Shown one piece after another: positions 12,551-26,212 of a stretch of 64,000 nucleotides of DNA. The translations under genes were made by a program, and so were the position numbers. Positions within the stretch are counted from its first letter, which is position 1. Each line of letters starts with the position of its first letter. The notes beneath the pieces are model-generated. The model made no database searches. It was not told the DNA's origin and saw nothing but the letters and a program-made list of their open reading frames with translations. The stretch is from the NCBI GenBank assembly GCA_964016885.1, contig OZ024746.1:93868001-93932000 (forward strand), in the 5' to 3' direction. This DNA is from Eledone cirrhosa (lineage: Eukaryota).

Positions 12551-15500
12551 TATCGACAATCCTATGTTGATTGGAGTAAATTGAACAATCGTGGAGATCG
12601 ACAAATTCCAAATTTATGCACCACAAGCACCATTTTGGTCGTTTTCGAGAAGGCCACTAGGTGCTTAGGTATGTTGGAGTAGCATAGCCATAGATGTGTC
12701 TTTGTTAGCGATTCAGTTTTATTGCCCATCATAATTTAGCATCTGTTGCCAGTTACCCTCATTATAACTAACTGTTGGCGTTACCAAATTAGACATTATT
12801 ATCGAATCGAATCCCGTGGAGGTTAACATTGTCTTTCATCCTTACGGGGTCGATAAAATAAAGTACCAGTACCACACTGACATAATTGCTGGCCTTGTGC
12901 CAAACATAGAAACAATTATCGAATATAAATTTCTTTCATATTTTAAACATTTACGAATAAATCTTTCGGATTTAACACACACACACACATATAAAGAAAA
13001 TCTTTCACACACACACACACACACATATATATCTGTGTGTGTGAAAGAGTTTCTTTCGTTTTCATTATGCTCCAAATGAGTTTACTGGACTAAACACCTC
13101 GTGGCTAGTGTGCTTTCCTTTTTTCTTGTTCTTTCCTTACGCACACCGTGTGGTAGGTGTTTTATATAGTTGCCCTATCCGCTAGAAATAGCAGCCAATC
13201 CTCCTTCAAATTATTTGCTATCTTAAAAAGAAATATAAAGGGGATATTTAATAATAGTACTAGGCCGGCAGAAAGCTAGAGTGGTCGCTACTGGGATGCT
13301 TTTTATCAAGGCTGAACTGAGAAGAAAACTCAACAAAACAAACTTTGCAAAGTTTGCAAACATACGTGTGCACATGCTCGCACACACAAACATACACACT
13401 GTATTTTTTATATACTAAGTTTCAATGTAAAAGAACAGCGTGTGTGTGACGACACCAGCAGTGGTAACTGGACTGTTACTGCTTTCTCTCATGTTTTAAT
13501 ATTTTCCTTGGAACGCTGAGTTCTTTTCTGACTCAATCTTGACCTCTTTCTCTCCTCTCTGTTACTTTCACTAGTTTTTACCCGCCACTAAACCCCCTTT
13601 TAAAGGTGACTAGTTGCGACTTTCTACTGTTTAGACCAACACACGTGGAACAAGGCGCCATTTCGTCATGATTCATTCAGTTTCATTTCGATTTGAAAAG
13701 TTTTGCTTAATTATATCCATACTACTGTTTTCCCTGTTCAGTTACAGAGGATCAACGATTTTTGTAATAGTTTAGCCTCATGGCAGCTTTCCAATTATGA
13801 CTATCTCGTCATTTTTTCAAGAGCAATTCATAAGGATCAAATAATGATTTTGTTTATTTTGTAAGAAAATCGGGTGTTATTGCGAAATATTAATACTATT
13901 TATACAGGTTCTCAGTGTTTGGCTGAATTGGAAGAAGGCTGAACCAAAATCCTTGTATTTACCAGCGTCTCTATGTTGTCAGTTCAAATCCCACTAAGGC
14001 CAACTTTGCCTGGCATCCTTCCTTCGTTGCCTGTCTTGCCATAAGACAATCTCCAAGCATTGTTCTTATCATTAACTACTCGTTATTAAACACTAAATTT
14101 TGACCCTGAAAATGCATGCATGCATGCGTGTGTGAGTGTGTACCGACATAGATACACTAACATTCAACAGGTTGGATAATGCTGATGAAATAAAAAAAAA
14201 AACAACACTCTTTTCTTTTCTTTTTTTGTTCACAATTCATAGTTGTAGAAATGACATTACGTCCCTGTAGAAAATCTATAATCTATTATCCTGATTGATA
14301 ATATTCATTAACATGATAATATTCATTAACATGATAATATTCATTAACTTGAAATTGAAGTCATGATGAACAAATTTTCAAGTTTTCGTTTAACCTACTA
14401 CAAACACATAGAAACTATATAGTAAGTAAAAACACTAACGGATAGAACTATATATAATAAAAGAATTTCAAATGATTAAAAACAAACTGTATCAATATAA
14501 TTGTAATATATATACCATATATTTTTGAAAAATGTCATTAAAAGGTGTAAATTAAGAAAGTTATGAGGAAACCAAGTCGGGGGCGGGAGCAGTCAGTTAT
14601 AATTTAGTTATTTCTATCGGGTGGAGTGAACGTGTAGTCTTTCTTCTTTCCTTAGCTCGTATTTTTTTAAAATTATTGTTTAACCCTAAGCCGATAGCGA
14701 TCGAACAGTATTCCAGCTGTGACCGTCTTGTCATTTTAGAATATTACAGGCATAACGTCAGACACCATGCTTTGCAGCTTAGTTATTGCCCTTTAAGTTT
14801 TGAGTTCAAATCCTGCCGAGGTTAATTTCGCTTTTCAACCTTACGGGGTTGATAAAGTAAAGCACCATTGATGCACTGGATAATTGCTGGCCTTGTGCTA
14901 AAAGTAGAAACAATTATGTAATGTGTTCTTCCGTTATTTAAGATGTCAGGGGTTTTTTTAAATTAAAGAGGGGGGTGCTGTTTCCTTATTTAAGACAACG
15001 GATTTTATTAAAGAAGGGTGCTATTTTTTTTACATGACAGGCGACTAACTGTTTTGAGGTTCTTTGTTATTGTCTCAGTTGGCTTCAGTTTAGTCTCTCA
15101 AATGTCACCTTGCTCTTTTTGTCAAGGCCAAATTTACCACTCCTTCATCTGGTGGAAAACCCGAGTATCTATTTGCCAGTCTAACTCTACGTTGTGATAT
15201 CAAAATGTCTTAATTGTTTATCTATTTAGTTTTTCTGTAGGTTTCCATGGCAGGCAGGAGATAATTAATGTCTTTGTCTAGCTACTACTGTTTAGACACT
15301 TTCATGACTAACGTGGTTACATGTAAATCAATTTTCTCTGATCAATTAGTACTACTACTACTACTGCTGCTGCTGCTACTACTACCACTACCACTACTGT
15401 TACGCAGTATTAAAATGGAGATAGATATTTCTTGGATTCAATTTTTATGCTTTAAAATTTATATTTCCCTGACAAATATTTCACATAATATTTTAGTAAC

Positions 15501-15625
15501 TTCTTTGTCTTGATGAAATGGTTATAATGTTATTGGCATTGTCTCGTGTGGTCTATAATCTTCTTAGTGCTGACTCGGTATTTTACTATAAATAACCTCA
15601 GTTTTCATATTCTTGATTAATTTAA

Positions 15626-15784
15626 CCCTTTAGCATTTACATTACTCCATATTTACTAGTATATTTTTATGGTAAAGGCTCTGTTACATAATATCGAATC
15701 TATGAGATTTTGTTATATATTTTGAGAACAATGCCTTAACATCAGTATGAGTGGCTGGTTAGAGCCGATTTAAATGTTAAAGAG
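15626..15784. mobile_element. TTAA-flanked piggyBac-type MITE (family A)
   Basis: TTAA|CCCTTTAGCATTTA...TAAATGTTAAAGAG|TTAA. Confidence 0.8.
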
Positions 15785-17394
15785 TTAAACTAACTTGCAT
15801 TCAAATTGATTTTAATTGTAACAATTTCATCAGCATCTTCTTGTAACTGATGATGCCAGTCATCAATGTGGCACGTTTTGGTTTTGGCTGTCGTCAATCG
15901 CTGCTGATTTTGTCCTTCGTTATACACAGAAGGGACTTTAGGGAGTTTGGAATGGTCCAGAATTTATAATGTACAAGAATTTACAATCCCATGGGATTCC
16001 TCTGAAGGGTTTTGGAGTGAGTAGTTCAGAGAGTCATTCCAGGTAGAGCCGCTACTTCTCTGAATTGAGAGACCACAGCTCCGATACTATGGGCATGTGG
16101 TTAGAAGAATGTCTCAGGAAAGAATTGCTGGACAGATTTTACAGGCAAACCAACCTGCAAGAAGTCTTCTCACAAACAATTGTATTTTATATATGTATGA
16201 ACCTGTAACACCTAGTGAAGTCATACAGGGTGCCGTAGTGACATACAGCATACCTTGTGTATATTTAAAAGCTAGCAGTCATACAGGGTGCCATAGTGAC
16301 ATACGGCACACCTTGGGTATATTTAAAACCTGGCAGAGCCTCTCCCTCTCCAGGTTGGAATACATCTGACTGATTATTTCTGAAAAGAAAATAGAGAGAA
16401 TGAGAGGAAATGAGAAAGAGTTATAAGGAAAGAATTGATCCCAGTATTGGACTGGTAATTTTGTATTGATTTCATATGGATGAAAGGCAAAGTTGACAAT
16501 GGCATGATTTGAATGAATACTGCAAAGCATTCTATCTAGCATTCCAAGTGTGGTGTTGACAATTTCTAAATCTGACCTGACATTGCCAGCCAATCTTTAC
16601 TGTATCATCTCTAGTCATACCCTCATCTATGAAGTTCTTCATAATACATCCAAATCTAATGTGAACCTGGAACCCGAGTCAAGCACTGGCTATTTGGGTT
16701 AAGAATGGCTTCACTGTTACCCAGGATGCAGATTATATGTGTGACTGGGACAGCATCAAATGCAGTTTCAATCTGCATGTGGATTGAGTCTTCCCTTGGC
16801 CAATACATCTCACCTGCTTTTCAACCAAACAATGGAGATTTGCTTCATTAGCTGGTACCCTTTTTAATAATGAGTGTACTTGCATTGGAGTTGGCCTACA
16901 TGTATGTAAGCCATACAAATGCCACTTTCAACGAGTTTTTGTTACATCTGTTCTCTTGTTGCCACATTGCTGGTTGTTTTCCTTGTTGCTTTGAATGATG
17001 TCATCAAGAGGAGCCTCACTGTAGCCAGTTCCCCATTATAATTGGAGCCTGTAAGACTTAACTGTGGTTAACAGTAACCACCCAGATGGGATAGCTCTTT
17101 TCCATTTGAGTAGGGATAAGTTACTCATCTGAGACACCACATAATGCAACACTTCTTCAGTACCAAAAATCTGAAAAATAAATAAGTGGGGAGGACGATT
17201 ATTCGAAACCCGAGGCATTCTTGCACTTGACAGAGTGAACCTGGTGCATATTATTGTGGCATCAGCACTAGAGAAGTTGGCATGTCTGTCATAGCTGAAA
17301 TATCTTTCTTGCTCTAGCTATATGCATTCATAATAGGATGAATTTTTAAGGTAAAAAAACAAAACCAAGTTTGTTCTAATTATGCACCAACTGT

Positions 17395-17425
<31 letters not shown>

Positions 17426-17924
17426 ACACGCACACACGCACACACGCACATGGGACTGGGATTAGGGGCTTAGAAAGATGTTTACCTACCTTTCAAATTC
17501 TCACGGGTGGGTCACTTGAGCATTTTTACCTCAGCAGCAACCTCACAGATCTTAATTACTCCCTATTTCCTGAAACTTATTTTCATCACTGATTGTGTGT
17601 TGATTTCATACAAATGAACAGTTCTAGTCTTGTAGAAGTCATTCCTATATAAAATGAAAGATGCCTATACTCTACCAATGTATTGAGTACCTTTTTTAAC
17701 TGCATTTACACCTGACACAACTCGGGAATCTCTCTCTCTCAAAGTGGTTGTGTAGGTGTCATGACAAAAAACACCTAGTACACACCACACTGTAAATGTG
17801 GTTAGCATTAGGAAGGGCATCCAGCCATAGAAACTAAGCCAAAATTAGTTCTGTATGAGCAAGACATGTTTATCTGACCTGGCTGATCTCACAACAGGAC
17901 AGCTTGTCTAAAACATGCTTCTTC

Positions 17925-18400
17925 TTTTTCGCCCATTTCTTCCTAAGAGGGTTGTGGGGGCAGAGTCCTCCAGCACCCCCTCCAACAGGTCCTGTTAGAA
18001 GCAACCATCTCCAACTGATCTGGATGGATCCCCAAGCGTGACCAGCCAAGCTCATGGATGCTATTCAACCATCTTGCTCGGGGTCTACCCCTGGCTCTCC
18101 TATCTATTGGTTTTGCCTGTAGCATTTGCGATTCTTTCCTAAGACATTATAACATGCCCATAGTATTGGAGCTGTGATCTCTCAATTAGAAGGAATAACT
18201 CTGTGATCTCCGAGCTACATGCTTTATCAAGTAACGTTACTCCAAAGCCCCTTTGGAGGAATCCCATTTCGGCCACTTCTATTCGTAATTGAATTCTTTT
18301 GGTTATTACCCAAGATTCATGACCATAGGTAAGAGTTGGCATGTAAACCGAATTGAAGATAGCGAGTTTGGCTTTTACACCTACCTCCCTTCTTTTGAAT
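17925..18400 (-). mobile_element. RTE-clade LINE 3' fragment, decayed
   Basis: PTLTYGHESWV...AEMGFL...IERSQLQYYGHV and GRPRARW...WRG motifs in the minus-strand ORFs. Confidence 0.85.
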
Positions 18401-18634
18401 GCTGAAGCTGGCCCATTACTGCACCCACTTTTGCATGTAAAAATGGACGTTAAATGGTGATGCTGATGATGTTTAAGGAAGCTAATTAGATCGACTCCTT
18501 ACAGCTCAGGACACTATTTACTGACTCAATGATAAGGACTGTAAGTTATAAATACTATCTTATAATACAGAGTGCTAACATTTTGTTAATTAGTAAATAA
18601 ATGGCTACCGTCTGAATACACCCATATACACTCT

Positions 18635-20632
18635 TCATCATCATCATCGTTTAACGTCCATTTTCCACGCTAGCATGGGTCTGGACGGGAATTGTCCCAC
18701 TTGAGGCAAGATTGGTTGTCTTGCTCAGGACTGTCTGGCGGGTTTTCTACGGCTGGGTGCCCTTCCCAACACCAACCACGTTTACAGTGTGTACTGGGAG
18801 GTTTTTACCGTGTTACCTACACGGCCACATTACAGCGTGGACTGTGTGTTTTTTTGTCGTGACACCTACACGACCTCATTTGTTTCGGACTGGATGTTGT
18901 GGTACCAACATAACTTTACATTTAAGGGGGTGGTGGAGGTAGTGGGATGGGGGGTGTATTTTGTTAGAGGTGCCTACTGACTGTAGGTTTCGCTTTGTAC
19001 CTAGGCAAGGCGAGTCTTCTGTATAACTGTGTAGTGCCAAAGATCTCGGTCCAGTGACATTGTCTTGGAGAGGTGTAAGTGTGTGAGGTCGGAATTTATC
19101 AAGTCGTCCCAGGTTTTTCTGGGTCTGCCTACTCCGTGGCTACCATCTATTTTTATCGCCCTGCACTTTTTTATACAGCTGTCGTCTTTCATGCGCATCA
19201 CGTGACCGTACCAACGTAGTCTTCTCTCGAGTAAACAATATCTGATCCCTCTTATTCCTAATTTCTCCCTTAGTTCGTTTATGCTTTGCCGTTCACGTAT
19301 ATTACTATTACACATCCAGCGGAGCATGCAAGCTTCGTTTCTCTCCAGTCTGCGTATATCCTCTGTACACAATGCCCAGGTCTCACTGCCATGTAACATT
19401 GCTGTTCGTATGCAGGCATCATACAGCCTGCCTTTCATTTTTAGAGAAACCCTTTAGCGGCCAATAGTGGTATAAGCTCTCTGAACTTTTTCCATCCCGT
19501 TCTGACTCTAGCTACTATACTTTCAGAGCACCCTCCCCCACTGCTGATTTTGTCACCCAGGTAACGGAAGCTGTCCACTATTTCTATAGAATCATCTGTG
19601 CAATGGAATGAGCTAGTATTCTGTGGGTACTTGCTGCTACTTATTGCACCAGAGCACCGGCCACATATAAAATATATATTCTTAGTTAGCTTACCTGTGA
19701 TCCCACTACTTCTTTTATGCACCCATATTTTGCATTTGAGACATAAAATGGAGTTTCTGCCTACTCCTTTCCTACACACTGAGCATGGCCATTTCCCAGA
19801 TGGGACCGGTGCTCTATTTTCCTTCCTACAAACTAGAACTTTAGTCTTAGACAAGTTAACCTTAAGGCCTTTTGATTCTAGACCATGCTTCCATGTTTGG
19901 AATTTCTTCTCTAGTTCCGCCATTGATTCAGCTATGAGCGTTAGATCATCTGCGTATAGGAGTTCCCATGGGCAGCTGGTCTTGAACTCCTCTGTTATAG
20001 GCTGAAGGGCAATAATAAATAGTAGGGGGCTAAGGACAGAGCTCTGATAAACACCAACTTTTACGCTAAACTCTTCACTATATTCGTTGTTAATTCTAAC
20101 CTTGCTGACTGTTTCTTTATACATGGCTTGTATAGCTCTCACAAGCCATTCATCAACACCTAGTTTTCTAAGGGCCCACCAGATAATCGAGCGGGGTACT
20201 CTGTCAAAGGCTTTCTCCAAGTCAACAAAGGCTAAGTATAGGGGTTTACTTTTAGCTAGGTACTTCTCTTGTAGTTGTCGTACAATGAAGAGAGCGTATG
20301 TTGTACTTTTACCTGACACAAACCCGAACTGCATTTCGTCTAGATCAATTCGCTCTCTGATTAGTTGCGCTATTACTTTTTCTGTGACCTTCATGACCTG
20401 GTCAATTAATTTAATGCCTCTATAGTTTCCCCTATCTAGGGCATCACCTTTACCCTTGTAGTAGTTAATGATGATGCTGTTGCGCCAGTCCTTCGGAACG
20501 ACCCCATTCTGTATTACTTGGTTTACTATCCCAGTGACCATAGTGTGTCCCACCGTTCCAGATGCTTTCAGCATTTCAGCAACTATTTCCGAAGGCCCAG
20601 CCGCCTTGCCCGTCTTCATGTCTTTGATTGCC
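18635..20632 (-). mobile_element. 5'-truncated RTE-clade LINE: reverse transcriptase (with inserted PHD finger), C-terminal domain, 3' region ending in (GAT)n
   Basis: ORF 19441-20619 carries KAAGP, KGKGD..NYRGIKL, QFGF, AFVDLEKAFDRV, LSPLLF, YADD and FRYLG. ORF 19001-19438 carries [17 protein letters not shown] and GRPRKTW. There is a frameshift at ~19440 and a (CAT)n tail at ~18635 on +. Confidence 0.95.
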
Positions 20633-20703
20633 TTACTTATTATACTACCTTATACTACTTATATACTACATTATACTTAATTATTATACTACATTATACT
20701 ACT

Positions 20704-20739
<36 letters not shown>

Positions 20740-20991
20740 GTGTGTATGCATTTACAAATGAGACTATGCATATATATATATATATATATATATACATACA
20801 TACATTTATATATATATATTTCCTGGTGATTTCTTTTGAATTAAACAGCTCTAGTCATGTAGAAGCCGTTTCTATATTAAACTTGATGTTTACATGTACT
20901 AATGTATTGAGTACCTTACTGACTGTGGTTTTCACCCGATTGAAACTGGGATACACACATACCTACCTTCCAGGGTTTCTACTTTTATAGG

Positions 20992-21330
20992 AGGCACATG
21001 GCTTAGTGGTTAGAGCATTGGCCTTGCAATCGAAAGGTTGTGAGTTCAATTCTCAGACCGGGTGATGTGTTGTTTCCTTGAGCAAGACACTTTATTTCAC
21101 ATTGCTTCAGTTTACTCAGCTGTAGAAATAAGACGATAGGGACTGGGGTCCCTATCATTCCACTGCAAAGTGGTCGTGGAGGTACCACGGCAAAAAAGCA
21201 TCCAGCACTCCTTGTAAATGAGGTTGGTGTTAGGAAGGGCATCCAGCTGTAGAAATCAAGCCAAAATCAGTTCCCGTCCCACCCTTGCAAGCAGGGAAAA
21301 AGCGGACGTAAGATGAAATGATGATAATGA
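20992..21330 (+). mobile_element. CORE-like SINE with RTE-derived 3' tail
   Basis: tRNA-like head (GGCTTAGTGGTTAGAGC...GAGTTCAATTC) and CORE-like body. It ends with CCCACCCTTGCAAGCAGGGAAAAAGCGGACGTAAGATGA, which matches the RTE 3' end at 39291-39345. Confidence 0.7.
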
Positions 21331-23922
21331 CCTAAATTGTTTTGGCAAATTTATGGCCTTGCGCCTATGTAAGAAATCACGTAGTATTATTAGAACATGT
21401 GTAGAGTGGTGGATTGGCAGAATCAGTAGACTGTTAGATGATGACATGCTTTGTGGCTTATAGTTACGGCCCTTTACACTCTGAGTTCAAATCCTGTCGA
21501 AGTTAGCTTTGTCTTTCGTCCTTACAGAGTTGATAAAATAAAGTACCAGCAATGCACTGGGGTTGATTTAAACGATTTTCCCCTCTCTCAAAAATTGTTG
21601 GCCTTGTGCCTAAATCCGAAACCATTATTGGTATATGTGATATTTGTTGACAGTAAACTAATCATTGATCACTTTGTAATTGTTGAAAATTTGACAGTTG
21701 GAATTCTACATTGAAAATTAATCAATCCTTTCACATTTATTGCCATGTATATATAAGTATGTGTGTATATAAACTATATAATACACTGCTCTTTTGACAT
21801 TTCTGCAATTCATTTCTTTTTGTATGTCCCACAGACCTTTTTAAACTCCCCATCAATCTTCCTGATATAGGCAGCCCAACAGTTAACTGTTCAAATAGTG
21901 GTTTTTGTTGTGTGTTGGTTGACTGATTTCTGTTTTTATATGGCTACTGGAGCTAAAGTTGTTTAACTCTTTGGTAGTTATTTAGTTTTAGCGTCAGGTC
22001 AGGTCTGATGCAACACAGTTCCTGTTATGACCATCCCATCTAACAATACAGTACATTTAGCTTTTTAATGAATTTTTATTAAATTTTGTGATAGTAAATC
22101 TAGGTAGGAAACCACCTCAAATCAGCCTACAATGGAGCATCTGTGTGGCATCTCAACCTGCCTTAAATGAGTCAATCCTTGCCCTAAAATCATTAAAAAT
22201 CAAAATACACCTTTAATCTTGTAGTCTTACATAAATGAGATGGTCACAGCTGGATTGCCTTTCACTCGTAAATCAGCTCAATTGGAGATGACCTGGGGTT
22301 AAGCAACTGAGATATTTGTCAATTTCAATCATTTCAAAGGGTTTTCAAGCTGCTATAGTCATAAACTGTAGCAACTTGTTCCCTAGGAATAAAATGAAAA
22401 CAAACCTATAATCCACCACCTCACTTATGTTTGGTATAATAGAAATAATTAGGCCTTCATCTTAACATTGGAAATATCATATAACAAGTGGGAACATTTA
22501 ATACTGGGAACATTAAAGTGGAGGTAACTACAAATTTATTATCATCGATTAACGTCTATCTCCCACACTAGCATGGGTTAAACGGGTTTGTTTCATTTAG
22601 AGGCAAGTTGGGTCGGGTGACCATGTCTCGCTCATATAGGAGAGTTTCTGGCTGGTTTTCTACGGCTGGATGCCCCTCCTAACGCCAACTACATGTATAG
22701 TGTGCTGGGTGCTTTTTGTCGTGACACCTACATGATCACCTTACAGTGTGGGCTGGATGTTTTGTGGTGAAGAAAAACAAAACTATTTGTCAATAACCAA
22801 CATTTATTTTAGCAAGTATGGGGGCTAACACCAAACATATTTCAGTCTTATTATGGACATCATCTGTTAAGTGCTAAAGTAGGGAATTGGCAGTCTTTTG
22901 ATCATATTTGCGGTATTTGTTATGACTCTCTACTATGTATTCAAATCTGACTGAAGCTAACTTTGCCTCTTGTCATAATCTAAAGTGGTGGATTAACAGA
23001 ATTGTTAGAACTTTGGACAAGATACATTGTGATATTTGTACCAGCTCTTTACCTACTGAGTTCAAATCTCACTGTGGTCTACTTAAATGGTTTGGGGCTT
23101 TTAACATAACCATCTTGCTCTTGGATGGCTTTTGCAGAATCCACTCCATTAGAAACGTGAGCCAGGTCTCTGGTTTGAGGATACTTTCACCCCTTCCTCA
23201 CACAAATGTAGTGGTCCCTAAAAGGGTCTTTCCTCCCTAACTAAAAGGTAAAAAATAAATACATAAACTTTATCTTTCTTTCTTGCTGAAGCAGTTCTAG
23301 AGAAATTTTATACATTTTTCGATGTATGCAGTGAGAACTGTTTAAACTGTGTTGCGAAACATTAATGAATTACTGATAACACTAACCAACACACATTAGA
23401 CCTATTCTTGGGACACTGATTCTAAATATGCCAGCAGTTTTGTCAGATCAGCTCTAATTTTGGAGATATGCCCATACCCCTGTATCTGTTGACATGTCCA
23501 TTTATGCATTGAAATTAGGGGTCTCAGAAGCTCTTTGTATTTTGGTGCCTTGTAATTTAGACCCATGTTTGGGTACATTTAAAAAATGGCATCAGATTTG
23601 CTTGTTAATTCTAATTAATTAAAAATTTGACATTTTAATGATAAATGATAATATTAAGAAACAGTTTATTTCAACACAGAAACTGTTTGATTTGACAACT
23701 TAATTTTTAACATAATTTACCACATGAAACCACATTAAGACATTCTTGAAAAGTATAAAATAGCACTATGATTGTATCACATTGAATATTCATTGCAAAA
23801 TTTCTCAAGGATACTACAAGTATTTGAATTTACAAACCTATTTTTAGATATTTTCTGCTAAATATTTACAGGATATTTGAGTTAAGCAATAAACTCTCTG
23901 GATTGAGCTCAAAAATACTTAA

Positions 23923-24366
23923 CCCCTTAGTTACCAACCTAGCTAAAACCAGCTCTGGTTCTATGAAATAAAACTCCCTATTTTAAAGGCTTCCAATTTA
24001 AATCACAATCTTCCAATATAATTTTATATAAGAACCTTACATTAAGTTACTATCTTAGTAATGAAATAATGAATAATTTTAGAAAACCCTCCCAAATTTT
24101 TCTATAACTCATTTCTATAACTGACCAAAATTTTCTTACCTCTTTCTGTCCAAACCGGTTGTAATTAGCTTCTCCTACTTATGTTAAGGTATTGTTCTGA
24201 AAATAAATAATATCAAAATCTCATAGATTCAATATTATGTGAAATAATTATGTAAGATAAATTGTTTGCTGTGAAAATGTAATGGCAAATATAGAGTAAT
24301 GTAAATGCTAAAGGGTTGATTAATTAAAATAAAGTGTATTTCATTAGAAATGTAGTCATGAAAGGG
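23923..24366. mobile_element. TTAA-type MITE family B with family-A MITE nested inside (~24103-24315)
   Basis: TTAA|CCCCTTAGTTACC...CATGAAAGGG|TTAA. An uninterrupted copy of family B lies at ~27050-27253. Confidence 0.75.
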
Positions 24367-24479
24367 TTAAAGCAGGGATTTTCTATGGTCCCCAGATAAG
24401 AGGGAGCTTACAAAAGATTTACATTTCATAGATTCAATGGATACTACTGAGTTGTGTGCATGGTTTTTATTTGTTCTAG

Positions 24480-24707
24480 TTTGCCAATATCTTCATGGTA
24501 CTCATAAAGCAGACAACTTCACTGAGTTAACAGAAGACATATTTTTACAATTTCAATAGGATTAACTGTAAAAATATGAGAATGAAGGTCTCTTACTCCC
24601 ACAGTCTCATGGATCACTTTCCAGAAACGTTTGATTTAAATGAAGAGCCAGGAGAACAATTTCATCAGGATGTTCAAACAATGGAAGAGAGATACTAGCG
24701 AAAGTGG
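24480..24707 (+). pseudogene. Fossil Chapaev3-like DNA transposase C-terminal fragment
   Basis: GTHKADNFTELTEDI ... NMRMKVSYSHSLMDHFPETFDLNEEPGEQFHQDVQTMEERY*RKW resembles the recalled motif MS.K.H.LHSHLD.FPENLG..S.E.GERFHQDI..ME.RYQG.W. Confidence 0.7.
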
Positions 24708-25285
24708 TCATCATCATCATTTAATGTTCATTTTCCACCCTAGCATGGGTTAGACGAGTTGTCCTGTTTTGAGACATGCCAGGTCTGATGACCATGACTT
24801 GCTCATACAGAACTGATTTGGGCTTAATTTTTATGGCTAGATGCCCTTCCTAATGACAACCACTTTACAGTGTGGACTGGGTGCTTTTTGTCATGTCATC
24901 TACATGACCACTTTACAGTGTAGCCTGGGCGCTTTGTCGTGTCACCTACACAACCATTTTTCAGTGTGGACTGGGTACTTTTTGTTGTGTCACCTACACA
25001 ACTATTTTACAGTATGGACTGGGTTCTTTATTTTGTCACCTACACAACCATTTACCATTTTTCAGTGTGGACTGGGTACTTTTTGTTGTCACCTACACGA
25101 CCACTTTACAGTGTAGCCTGGGTACTTTATGTCGTGACACTTACATGACCACTTTACAGTGTGGACTGGGTAGTTTTGGTCATGTCACCCCTACATGACC
25201 ACTTTACAGTGTGGACTGGGTACTTGTTGTCATGTCACCTGCACGACCACTTTACAATGTGGACTGGGTACTTTTGGTCTCGTCA
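24708..25285 (-). mobile_element. (GAT)n-tailed RTE-related SINE-like element with internal ~48-bp tandem array (~9 units)
   Basis: CATCATCAT-TTAA.GT..ATTTTCCAC.CTAGCATGGGTT end and repeated CACTTTACAGTGTGGACTGGGT. Confidence 0.8.
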
Positions 25286-26065
25286 CCACATGTATACATA
25301 CATATATAATGGCAGGTTATTGCTGGAACCTTCAGGAAGATTATTCTGGTAAATAACATTCTAGAATGTATTAAATGGCTGATCATGTTACAAATATGGT
25401 TTGTTTATTTTTGCGTTATAAATTACTGTAGTTTAATGCAGTACATGCTCAGCTTTTGTGCTGACATAAACTGATTTACTATTGAGGTTGTTTTAATAAC
25501 ATTTCTTTTATTATTCTGGTTTCAGTCATAGACTGGAGTACCACATTGATTTAGTCAATTATATCAACTGCAGTATTTATTTTATCAATCTTGTTTTTGT
25601 TAAACCAAAGTTACAGGACATAAACACAGACATGCATGTATATTTATTCAGATGATGGGCTTCTTCAGTTTCCACCTCCCAAACTGCATTCACATTGATC
25701 AACCTGATGCTATGGTAGAAGACACTTGCCCAAGTTACTGTGCACTGGTATTCAACTCAAACCCACATAGCTTCATAACCAACTCCTTATTAAGCATACA
25801 CCTGTGCCTATGCAATATATTAATATACCAATAGCATATTTTTTGTACCAAAATAGCCTGGCCATTAATTAATTAGAGCTGATAGGGCAAATTTGATGCT
25901 ATTGTTAAAATCAACAATTTAAATATATCCAAAAATAGGTCTAAATTCTAAGGGCCAAAATGTGCTACTGGGGCTCCACATTTCAGCTCATACATCCAAA
26001 ACAAGAGGTGACAGTATATTTGGAATTGGTGCCCCAAATAAACCCCAGAAATGGTTAGTCTAACA

Positions 26066-26212
26066 CAGTCATGGGCAAACTGTGGCCTATTTGGCTTTCT
26101 GAATGGCATGCCTAATTTCAAAATTACCTTGAATTTTTTGTAGTGTAGCCTGTCTTATGATGAGAAACATCCTATGTGGCCCACTGCTCAAAAAAGGTTT
26201 CCCCATGCATGG
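26066..26212. mobile_element. hAT (Charlie-like) MITE
   Basis: CAGTCATGGGCAAACT...GGTTTCCCCATGCATG termini. A related copy lies at ~41630-41790. It is immediately followed by a family-A TTAA MITE (26217-26430). Confidence 0.55.

Noticed and set aside
19598-20680. Plus-strand ORFs overlapping the RT
   Set aside because: Antisense shadows of the LINE coding sequence.
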